DNA of 64,000 bases from a virus. Positions 1-8,448 of this stretch are shown here, piece after piece. The position numbers were made by a program, and so were the translations under genes. How positions within the stretch are numbered: position 1 is the stretch's first letter; every line of letters begins with the position of its first letter. The stretch lies in IMG/VR virus record IMGVR_UViG_3300043811_000074, positions 1-64,000 of that record; one strand, 5' to 3'. The notes beneath the pieces were generated by a model. The model was not told the DNA's origin. It worked only from the letters and a program-made list of their open reading frames with translations, and did no database searches.

Positions 1-82
1 GCATACGACCCATCCCGAAGTCAAATCCACGGCAGAGCAACTGACCGAAGCGCGGACACAGCGCGAACTCCTCCAAGAGCAA

Positions 83-3000
83 ATGCAGGTCATCCTCCTG
101 GAGCGCCAGAAGAAGCGCCTGGAGGGAATGGGCGACGAACGCGCCGGCTTGCTCCAAGAGGCGCGGCGGCTGGTGGAGGAACTGAAGCAGAAAAAGGAAA
201 ACGGCGAGCGGCTCACCGAGGATTGGTTCGATACCTGGACGCCCTGGAGCGGCGGTCTTGGCTTGGATGCAAACGGCTGGCATCGGCCCAATCTGCTCAT
301 TGACACGACGTTCTCACGGAAGGGCGGCAAGGACTGGCCGCGCATCTTCACCGAAATCGACCTGGACCGCGAACGCAATTTCTCCCGTCAGCTGATCTAC
401 GATAATGCGCACGCCAAGGGATTGCTCAGGAACTACTGCAATTACGTCATCGGTTCGGGGCCGAAGCTGAAATTCACACCACGTAATGACATTGGCGAAG
501 GCCACGAAGAACATGCCGAGAAACTTGCCAAGCTGGGCACGAAATATCTGGAGGGCTGGGCCAAACGGCAGAAGTTCGGTAAAACGGTTCGCGAGGCGCT
601 CTGGCGCATAAAACAAGACGGCGAAGCGTTTCTGCGTCACTACGTCTACAACGGCGAATTGGTACTGCGCTGGATTGAGCCGGTCTACATCCGCAACAAG
701 CCGGGCGGCACGGAGGCAGAAGGCTGGACGCTGGGCATTCAGCATCGGGTATTCAGTGACGGCACGGAGGACGTACAAACGATCATCAACTACCACGTCG
801 TCCATTCCACACTGTTGCAGCAGCATCGCGCGTGCGAGGGCGGTAAGGCGAAGTGGCCGACGCCGATTGAAGACGACAAGCGCACGGCGACGGGTGAAGT
901 CGTGCCGGCGCGGCGCATCTTGCACCTGAAGAATTTCGACACGCCTGGCACGGTCAAACGCGGCCTGCCGGAATTTCGCGGTGAGACAGCAGGCGGCTTG
1001 ATTCGTGCCTCGGCGCTCCTGTCCGCGACGATGGAAGGCAACACGGAGCGAGCTTTGATTGCCTGGGTCAATCAGTGGGCCAGTGCCACCAATGCCGGCA
1101 TCACGGCCTTTGCGCCGACAGGTGACGGCAGTGGGTTAGATACCTGCGGCCGGTTCTGGTTTGGAACGGGCAAGCGTGGACCGTATGAAGTCAACGTCCC
1201 CAAGGGGCATGAATATGTCGAGCGTCCGCACTCGGCAGATACGGCCAGTGATATAGAGGCATTTCAGGCCGGGCTGGGCGCGGGCGGGGTAACGTTCTGC
1301 GCTCCGAAGTATTGGCTGGGGGATACGGGCGATGCGTCGTATGCCTCCAGCAAAGAGTACGGTAGCCCGATCATGCGCGAGAGTGAGACGGCGCAAGAGG
1401 AACTGACAGAGCCGGTACGCCAGCTGGCCATGAAAGCTGTGCAGGTGCGTGTCCGGCGCGGTCAACTGCCGCCTGAACTCCTGCAATTCTGCGAACTGCA
1501 AGTCGAGATGCCGAAGCTGATGGTCCGGGACCGAGGCGAGACGATCAAGGAAGAAATGGAACTGGCCACGGTGCAGCCCGGCATGGCCGAGCCGGTCCAA
1601 TCCATGCAGACCACGCGAATGAATCTTGGCCTCAATCAGGACCAGGAAAAGAAAAACATCAAGCTGGAACAGAAAGAGAATCCGCCACCTGAAGCGCCGG
1701 GGCCGGGTGGACCAAAACCGCCTGATGGTGGCGGGCCACAGATTCCGACGCATGACGGGCCGCCGCGCCCGCCCGCGCCGACGGTGACGCAGCCGAAGAT
1801 GGAAGACAGGCCGGATCGGGTGCGTGAGTCCGCTTTGTCCGCCGTCCGTACCGCCGACTTCGCGGGCACAACCGGCCTTCAGGAATCGGCACAAGCCTTG
1901 CCGGTCTTCATTTATGGGACGTTGCTTGACCCGCGTGTTCGCGCCAAGGTTGTCGGCAACGTCTCCGAAGCGCCGGCGCAGTTGCCGGGTTACAAGAAGA
2001 CCGATGATCGGCATTATCCCGACCTGGACGCCGACAATGGCGAGAGTGTCGAGGGGATCGCGCTGGACGCCACGCCGGAGCAGATTGCGGCCCTGGACAA
2101 GTGGGAAGGGTCAGACGGCTACAAGCGTGTCAAGGTGACGCTGGCCGATGGGCAGCAGGCGTGGGCTTATACGCGACGGCAGGCGGTCAGGGAAGAACTG
2201 GACGTTGCCGGGCATCAGCACAAAGGCACTGGGCCGGGCGGCGGCCAGTTCACCAAAGGCGACGGTGGTAGCAAATCAACCGCCGAGAAAATCACGAGCG
2301 CCTTTCGCTCCGCTGCCAAATTCATGTCGAGCAAGGGAAAAGCGATTTACAACAAACTGCCGTCTCCTGTCCGCAAGGTGATTCAAGGCTATCTCAAGGC
2401 GCGATTCAGTCTCTATCTTGGCGCACAAGCAGCTGCCAAGTCGATACTCACGGAACGGCATGGGCCGGAGCGCGCCGAACAGGTTGGGCGCATCCTCTTG
2501 GCTGCGGATTGGGCCGGGCAGTTCGCTGGGACGCCGCTTGCTCCATTTACCGCTGGCGCATCGCTTACCAGTTCTTTCGTGCCGGTTGCATCCGTGGCTT
2601 ATTGCCTGTTCAGCACGGCAACGAACCCGGCCGCGACAATCAGGGCTGCGAAGAAAGCAATATCGGCGACGATGCAGCGCCTTGGCAATGTCGGCATGAC
2701 GCCGCGCTTGGCGGAAGAAATCAAAGACGATGTAGAAACCGTGGTCGATGCGATGGACGATCAGACGGATGGCGAATGGTTCACGGCGCTTGTGTGCGTT
2801 GCCCTTGACGAATGTAAGGGCGACATGGACGCGGCGCTTGAACTGGGCAGCGAAGCCGTGAAAAGCGAGCGACCGGAACAGGATGACGGCGATGACGATC
2901 TTGCGGACCTGTTCCGCCTCAACGAGGAGTACAACCCGGAGATACACGGCGGGTTTCTTGAATGGGAGAAGACGCAAAAACCGCAACAAATCCGCGAAAA

Positions 3001-5356
3001 TAAACTAGGTCAAAATGACCTAGTTTCCGAAGACTCGCAAGAACAGGCCGAAGCCATTGCCGACTTGCTCCTGGCGCTTTATGGCGACGATGCGCTGGCG
3101 ATGTTCGATTCAGAACAGCGGATTACCGAAGCGTGGAATGCCGATCTTCACCCACGTGGACCAAAAGGACGATTCATCACCAGAGGCAGCGCCGAAGCGG
3201 TCAGCGCGACGAAGGAAAAGATCCACGCGGCACTCAAAGCGCCTGCCAGTAAGGAAGGGCTGGGCGAAATCCTATCGCACGTCAACCTGCTGACGGTGGC
3301 ACAAATCAAGGCGCTGGCGAAAGAGCATGGCGTCAAGGGCAGCGGCAAGAACCGGGAAGAACTGGTCAGGAAGATCGCGGACAGGCTGAATCGGGGACGG
3401 AGAGAAGATGGGGAGAAGGAATCGCACAAGATGAGCAAGGAAGCAATCGGGAAACGGCTTGATGAATTGCTTGCCCGAAACGGGCCACGCAAGCAAATTG
3501 ACGACCAGCTTAAAAAGGCGGAATCATCTTTTGATTTCAACCACACGATTCATAACCATAAAAACGGTGGCAAGGTCATTACAAAAGTTAAATGGGAGAA
3601 TGGCAGACAAGAAAAAGAAATCGTCGCTGGGCCATTCCAAACAGAGGATGAATTGTCAGACGCTTATCATTCTATTCGCGACGAACAGTTACGTCCGCTG
3701 AAGGAAAAAAAGGCTGCATTACAAAAAGAACTTGATGAACTTCTCAAGGCGGATAATGCCGATAATGTACCGATTGACCTAAATGCCAAGGAACCTCAAG
3801 AGAAAACTGAGCCGCGTGAAGAACACATTGATGCTTTGAATCAAGCCAAGCAAACCGACAAGCAATTCCAAGGCGGTGGCCGATACGAGGCCGAAGTATG
3901 GATGAAATTGCGCGACAGGAATCCAGACGCCGCGCTTCCGAAATTGACGAAACAGGGCGCAGAATATGTTGCAGACGAATACGATGCCGCTGGCAAGCCC
4001 GTTCCCGCCGAAGTCCTGAAAGATTATCCCGACCTTTCTCCCAAGCAACCAGAGCCAAAGGCAGCAGAGAAGCCAGCGGAACCGCCAACCAAGCCCGCAG
4101 AGAAGCCCGCGCCAACGGAGCATACAAGCAAGGAAACCGAGAATAACGTCATGAACTTCAACAACCTCAAAGACGCAGCGGCAGCTGGCACGGACCTGGG
4201 GCAGCTGCACGCGCAATTCGACCAGTACTTCGGCAGCCTGTCCGCAAAGGAAGCGGAAGAACTCGCAGCCAAGGCAGGATACACAGTGAAGGGCAAAGCG
4301 GCAGCGCTGGCCAAACTCAAGGACGTGCTGGCCGGTTTGAGTGTGTCAACGTACCGGGGTGATGTTATTGCCGAAATTTTAGAAAAATCTTCTTTTTCTA
4401 CCTTGACAGGTGCAAGTACGGCAAGTACAATTAGGACAGTGGACGAAAAGCCTGTTCCAACGCAAGGGGAGAAGAAGATGGAGACTACAACCGGCAAGGT
4501 CAAGGTGGAAGCTGAGTCTGTGCATGGCAAGTCGGAGAAAGAGGTCGAAATCCAGTTGGTGCGCAACAAGGCTGGCGAACTGGAGATTAAAGACGCGGGG
4601 ACGATCCAGTACGTCACGGTTAAGGTCAATGACTTGCTGACGCTCGCAGGAAAAATCAAGGAAAAGGAATTCGAGGCGCAGCCACGCGACGGCATCTTAT
4701 ACGGCAAGGGAACGCCGGTCGGCAAATCGCAAAGACAGGAAATCGGCATCGAGGTTGCCGGTCGGCCGGAGCATCAGGCGCTATACGACGCGGCTGTAGC
4801 CGCGAAGAAACAAATCGAAGATGCCCATCAACAGTTGTGGCAAGAGCAGCGTGAGCAATCGGCCGGCAGGGACCGGGAAGAACTCAAGGCGATCCAGGAC
4901 AAGCTGCCAGCTGGCCGCGTGGCCGCCAAGTTTTTCAACGTCCAATCGGGCGGCGCGGACGGCTGGGGCAATACGAGTCTGTATAAAACGGCTGACGGGC
5001 GAGTGATCGGCTGGGAAAATGGCCTGGGTATCGAACCGGCCAGCGATCACACCACGGGGACCGGCGGCTACACGACATACATCAGCGTACCTGATGCGGC
5101 TTTTGAGGCGCAGGAAAAAGCCAAGCAAGCCACGGCTGCCGTGGCTGCTGATGCCCAGAAGGCAGCGGCAGCGCAGCGGCAGGCGAAAACGGCGAAACTG
5201 CTGGCCGTGGAAGTCCCGGCTGCTGCAAAGGCCGCTTATGAGCGCTACCAAGGAGATGATGACCGGGCCTGGGAAAAGAGTGACGAGACCGCCTGGGGCT
5301 TGATCCGCAAGTATCGCGACGCCATTGAGGCGCAAGCGAAAGGCGGTGCGAAATGA
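83..5356 (+). CDS. Portal protein (lambda-like) fused to cargo domains: gamma-glutamylcyclotransferase-like, SAP/Rho-N-like and unknown
   Basis: N-terminal ~530 aa have portal motifs (NYVIGSG, DGEAFLR, ILHLK..RGLP, GD...ASYAS); GGCT motif VFIYGTL...LDKWEG; frame is open back to position 2, so the true start may be outside the window. Confidence 0.8.
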   Translation: MQVILLERQKKRLEGMGDERAGLLQEARRLVEELKQKKENGERLTEDWFDTWTPWSGGLGLDANGWHRPNLLIDTTFSRKGGKDWPRIFTEIDLDRERNFSRQLIYDNAHAKGLLRNYCNYVIGSGPKLKFTPRNDIGEGHEEHAEKLAKLGTKYLEGWAKRQKFGKTVREALWRIKQDGEAFLRHYVYNGELVLRWIEPVYIRNKPGGTEAEGWTLGIQHRVFSDGTEDVQTIINYHVVHSTLLQQHRACEGGKAKWPTPIEDDKRTATGEVVPARRILHLKNFDTPGTVKRGLPEFRGETAGGLIRASALLSATMEGNTERALIAWVNQWASATNAGITAFAPTGDGSGLDTCGRFWFGTGKRGPYEVNVPKGHEYVERPHSADTASDIEAFQAGLGAGGVTFCAPKYWLGDTGDASYASSKEYGSPIMRESETAQEELTEPVRQLAMKAVQVRVRRGQLPPELLQFCELQVEMPKLMVRDRGETIKEEMELATVQPGMAEPVQSMQTTRMNLGLNQDQEKKNIKLEQKENPPPEAPGPGGPKPPDGGGPQIPTHDGPPRPPAPTVTQPKMEDRPDRVRESALSAVRTADFAGTTGLQESAQALPVFIYGTLLDPRVRAKVVGNVSEAPAQLPGYKKTDDRHYPDLDADNGESVEGIALDATPEQIAALDKWEGSDGYKRVKVTLADGQQAWAYTRRQAVREELDVAGHQHKGTGPGGGQFTKGDGGSKSTAEKITSAFRSAAKFMSSKGKAIYNKLPSPVRKVIQGYLKARFSLYLGAQAAAKSILTERHGPERAEQVGRILLAADWAGQFAGTPLAPFTAGASLTSSFVPVASVAYCLFSTATNPAATIRAAKKAISATMQRLGNVGMTPRLAEEIKDDVETVVDAMDDQTDGEWFTALVCVALDECKGDMDAALELGSEAVKSERPEQDDGDDDLADLFRLNEEYNPEIHGGFLEWEKTQKPQQIRENKLGQNDLVSEDSQEQAEAIADLLLALYGDDALAMFDSEQRITEAWNADLHPRGPKGRFITRGSAEAVSATKEKIHAALKAPASKEGLGEILSHVNLLTVAQIKALAKEHGVKGSGKNREELVRKIADRLNRGRREDGEKESHKMSKEAIGKRLDELLARNGPRKQIDDQLKKAESSFDFNHTIHNHKNGGKVITKVKWENGRQEKEIVAGPFQTEDELSDAYHSIRDEQLRPLKEKKAALQKELDELLKADNADNVPIDLNAKEPQEKTEPREEHIDALNQAKQTDKQFQGGGRYEAEVWMKLRDRNPDAALPKLTKQGAEYVADEYDAAGKPVPAEVLKDYPDLSPKQPEPKAAEKPAEPPTKPAEKPAPTEHTSKETENNVMNFNNLKDAAAAGTDLGQLHAQFDQYFGSLSAKEAEELAAKAGYTVKGKAAALAKLKDVLAGLSVSTYRGDVIAEILEKSSFSTLTGASTASTIRTVDEKPVPTQGEKKMETTTGKVKVEAESVHGKSEKEVEIQLVRNKAGELEIKDAGTIQYVTVKVNDLLTLAGKIKEKEFEAQPRDGILYGKGTPVGKSQRQEIGIEVAGRPEHQALYDAAVAAKKQIEDAHQQLWQEQREQSAGRDREELKAIQDKLPAGRVAAKFFNVQSGGADGWGNTSLYKTADGRVIGWENGLGIEPASDHTTGTGGYTTYISVPDAAFEAQEKAKQATAAVAADAQKAAAAQRQAKTAKLLAVEVPAAAKAAYERYQGDDDRAWEKSDETAWGLIRKYRDAIEAQAKGGAK
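4403..4431 (+). promoter_or_regulatory. Sigma70-like promoter inside the portal ORF, with a GCAAGTAC direct repeat
   Basis: TTGACA(4403)-17 nt-TACAAT(4426); GCAAGTAC at 4412 and 4421; GGGGAG RBS before an in-frame ATG at 4478. Confidence 0.75.
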
Positions 5357-5568
5357 ATATGGTCGCACTCTATTACCATCGGTCGCTGCCAACTGCGTTA
5401 GTAGTGCAGCTTGACAACGGTTCTTTGTGGATTCGGAACAGCCTGATTTTTTCCACAATCCTGGAAAAAGAACTGACGCCATATCGTGGCTACAGACAGC
5501 AGCCGCCGCTCATGCCAGTGCCGTCATACCTCAGCCGCTTTTATGGGATGGAGGCTGCGAATGGCTAA
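5353..5568 (+). CDS. Hypothetical protein
   Basis: ATGA overlap with the portal ORF stop. Confidence 0.6.
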   Translation: MNMVALYYHRSLPTALVVQLDNGSLWIRNSLIFSTILEKELTPYRGYRQQPPLMPVPSYLSRFYGMEAANG

Positions 5569-5746
5569 AACCAAACAAGCCACTGGCCCAGTGCCAACAA
5601 CCTCTCTCCGCCTCAAACCGGAAACCCGCTCTCGGCTTATTCGGCTGGCGAAGAAGTGGACGCTCGCCGATGCCAAGCCGCTGACCATGACGGACGTTAT
5701 TGACCGGCTGGCGCAAGAGGCGAGTCGCAAGGAAAAGATAGACTGA
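5561..5746 (+). CDS. Ribbon-helix-helix (CopG/Arc-like) DNA-binding protein
   Basis: GGAGG RBS; TTSLRLKPETRSRLIRLA...MTDVIDRLA pattern. Confidence 0.65.
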   Translation: MAKTKQATGPVPTTSLRLKPETRSRLIRLAKKWTLADAKPLTMTDVIDRLAQEASRKEKID

Positions 5747-5779
5747 CCACACCGAGCAGGGCGACGTGATAGGAAATCA

Positions 5780-5956
5780 ATGACCGCCGAACTCACCGCC
5801 CGTCTCTGGGCCTGGGCCGTCAAGGGACTACAGGGCGGCATCACACACCTGCAAGCCCTGGAAGAGCTGGGCAAACCAGATCCGGCGGCGCTCCGGCAGC
5901 TGGAAACAGCAGCGAGTGACTTGCGGGAGATGGTCGAGAGGCTGAAGGGCAAATAA
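5780..5956 (+). CDS. Small hypothetical protein (58 aa, not in the ORF track)
   Basis: AGGA RBS; MTAELTARLWAW...; stop abuts a terminator. Confidence 0.5.
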   Translation: MTAELTARLWAWAVKGLQGGITHLQALEELGKPDPAALRQLETAASDLREMVERLKGK

Positions 5957-5980
5957 CCCCGCCAGTTGGCGGGGTTTTCT
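5955..5980 (+). terminator. Intrinsic terminator
   Basis: AACCCCGCCA-GT-TGGCGGGGTT followed by TTCT. Confidence 0.75.
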
Positions 5981-6036
5981 CGCGCGCACATATCTGGATT
6001 TGCTCCCGTCCTGGCCATGCCGTCATAATCTCTGGC

Positions 6037-7251
6037 ATGGTTGCTACCGTCCTTGATCTGGAACGCTGCCGACTGCGGGAAGATTACGTCAATCCCTTTT
6101 TGCACCGTCTGGAGCGCGGCAATATCGACACGGCCGGGGGGGTCATTCCTGGGGTCCGCGTCCAAGGTACGCGCAGTCGCAACAAGCGGCTCTATCCCCT
6201 CGAAACACTCCGCGAAGCCCTGCACCTGTATGAAGGGGCGTTCGTCTACTTCCGTCCGCACACCAAAAAAGCCACCGACGCCTACGATCCCCGCGACAAG
6301 ATCGGCTGGATTGAGAATTGCCGTCTGACCGAGGACGGTATCTACGGCGACTTGCATCTTTTGCTGAGTCACGAACACGCTTCGCGCATTCTGGAAGCGG
6401 CCCAAAAGAATCCGCGATTGTATGCACTGTCGCATGACGCCGATGGAAAATTGACAGCGCCGGACGAAAACGGGTATAAGCGAGTCGAATCAATTTCGGC
6501 GGTCTTCGCCTTGGATTTGGTGGACCGTGGAGGCAGCAACGATTCGCTCTTTGAGGATTTTTCGATGCCACGAACCGTTACCCTCCGCGAACTGATCCAG
6601 AACGAGCCGCGCCTGTCGGCTGAAGTGAAGCAGCGCCTGCTCGAATCGGATATGCCGATGGATCAGGAAATCCCCATGCCGGAGACGCCGCCTGCGCCAG
6701 AGGAACCTGAGAAGGACTGGAAGGAATGTTTGGGCGAAGCGATTGCCGCGCTGATGAAGCATGACGATCCCAAGGCGCATGGCATCATGGAGAAGCTCAT
6801 CGCCATCTTGCGGCCCGAAAGCGAGCAATCCCCGATTCCAGGCAGTAAAGAGCAACCTGAAATTCCGGTCATCAAAAATGAAGAGGAAGAAGAGGAAATC
6901 CCTGAAGAGGATGAAGACATGCCTGCCATGAAAGAAGAAGTCCAAAAACTCCGCGCCGACGTGGACCGGCTCACCGAGGAGCGCGACCAGTTTGCCCGGC
7001 GTGAAGCCATCCGCGAAGAACTCGCGCCGCTCAACATCACCGACAAAAACGCACGCACGCGGCTTGTCGAGAGCCTGTCCCTGTTGCCGGCGGACAAGGC
7101 CAAGCAAGCCATCAAGGATTTGCAAGAGCATGTTATCAAGCCGGGCCAGCGCCTCCGCGAGAGCGGCCCGCGTTCTGGTGGCGTGCCGGCGCCGGTCGCG
7201 GTCACGCCGATGACAAACAAGGAATTGGCTGACGCCTGCCGGAGAAAGTGA
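6037..7251 (+). CDS. Prohead protease-scaffold fusion
   Basis: SRNKRLYP, ..PH.., GIYGDLHLL, ALSHDA, DLVDRGG motifs; acidic coiled-coil C-terminal half; lies between portal and capsid. Confidence 0.8.
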   Translation: MVATVLDLERCRLREDYVNPFLHRLERGNIDTAGGVIPGVRVQGTRSRNKRLYPLETLREALHLYEGAFVYFRPHTKKATDAYDPRDKIGWIENCRLTEDGIYGDLHLLLSHEHASRILEAAQKNPRLYALSHDADGKLTAPDENGYKRVESISAVFALDLVDRGGSNDSLFEDFSMPRTVTLRELIQNEPRLSAEVKQRLLESDMPMDQEIPMPETPPAPEEPEKDWKECLGEAIAALMKHDDPKAHGIMEKLIAILRPESEQSPIPGSKEQPEIPVIKNEEEEEEIPEEDEDMPAMKEEVQKLRADVDRLTEERDQFARREAIREELAPLNITDKNARTRLVESLSLLPADKAKQAIKDLQEHVIKPGQRLRESGPRSGGVPAPVAVTPMTNKELADACRRK

Positions 7252-7258
7252 GATTGCA

Positions 7259-7438
7259 ATGGACAAGAAATCTGCCGAGACGGAAAAGCTCAAAGAGGAA
7301 TTTCGCAAAGCGCGGAAACGCATGAAGGAATCACGCGATTCCGAAGGCTACGGCGCTGACAATACCAAAGAGCGCAAGGCCATGTTTGCGGCCATGCGCA
7401 GCGAAGGGCGACTAAACGATAAGGTGCATGAGGATTGA
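7259..7438 (+). CDS. Small charged protein, possible internal head protein (59 aa)
   Basis: Read by hand: MDKKSAETEKLKEEF...; fills the gap in the head operon. Confidence 0.55.
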   Translation: MDKKSAETEKLKEEFRKARKRMKESRDSEGYGADNTKERKAMFAAMRSEGRLNDKVHED

Positions 7439-7440
7439 TT

Positions 7441-7596
7441 GTGACGCCTGACGAATTGCGCCTGAAAGAACAGTGCGACAAGATGCGGCAGCGTCTCAAG
7501 GAAAATATGGACCGGGACAACAGGTCCACAACCGTTGTGAATCCGAACAAGCCGCCCATCGGGGCGAAAAAGCATCCGCCAACGACACCCAAGTAA
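7441..7596 (+). CDS. Small charged protein, possible internal head protein (51 aa)
   Basis: GAGGA RBS, GTG start; MTPDELRLKEQ...RLKEN. Confidence 0.55.
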   Translation: MTPDELRLKEQCDKMRQRLKENMDRDNRSTTVVNPNKPPIGAKKHPPTTPK

Positions 7597-7605
7597 GGTG
7601 ACAAC

Positions 7606-8397
7606 ATGGGCAGCCGACGTTTACGGGCACAGGAAGAATTTTCCCTGACGCAGTGGCAGGGGATATTCCGCGACGATTTCACGACGTACACCGATGCCGC
7701 GCTCTGGACAAAGACGTTGACCGGCGGCGGCTCGGCAGTAGCACTGCAAACCGGCACGGCGCTAACGGACGGTTTCGGCGTGCTGAACTTTCTCACGGGC
7801 GCATCGGCCAATCGCGGAGCACTGATCGCCACGACTTCCAGCCTGTTTCAGTTTCTCAATGACCGGCCCATTTCGCTCGAATGCAAGATCAAGTTCGCCG
7901 AAGCTAATACCAACAACACGATGATCGGCTTCGGCTTGACCGATACCGTCAACAATACGGTCATTGCAGACACGACGGGCCTGTTCAACCTGGCCAACGA
8001 AGGCACGATGATTTACCTGCCTCAGGGGCAAACGCAGTGGTGGTCTGGCAGCAAGGTCAACGGCGCGACAGCCATAACGCAGCAATCCACGAAAACGGCG
8101 CTGTACACGGGCTGGCAGCGATTGGCCATCAACATCGACCCGAATCCCGGCATCGGTGGCATGGCCATCACCTACGAAGTCGAAAACGTCGGCACGCCGC
8201 AACCAGTTTCCGCGGTGGGCAGTCAACTGATTTACAACAACTTCAGCTTCAAAACGCCCACGGTTATCCGGGACATTTGGGCCATCCCGACCACGACGCA
8301 ATTGTATGCGTTTCTGATCGTCAAGGCTGGGTCGGGGTCTGCCGAGTCGATGGACTGCGATTATTACCAAGCCTCGGTTCTGCGCGATTTGCAGTAA
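7606..8397 (+). CDS. Head decoration or beta-sandwich structural protein
   Basis: Just upstream of the capsid gene; beta-rich, FRDDF motif. Confidence 0.55.
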   Translation: MGSRRLRAQEEFSLTQWQGIFRDDFTTYTDAALWTKTLTGGGSAVALQTGTALTDGFGVLNFLTGASANRGALIATTSSLFQFLNDRPISLECKIKFAEANTNNTMIGFGLTDTVNNTVIADTTGLFNLANEGTMIYLPQGQTQWWSGSKVNGATAITQQSTKTALYTGWQRLAINIDPNPGIGGMAITYEVENVGTPQPVSAVGSQLIYNNFSFKTPTVIRDIWAIPTTTQLYAFLIVKAGSGSAESMDCDYYQASVLRDLQ

Positions 8398-8448
8398 CAG
8401 GGAACCATTTTTGGCAGGGTTTCCCTGCTGTCACTGAGAGGTCAAGAC

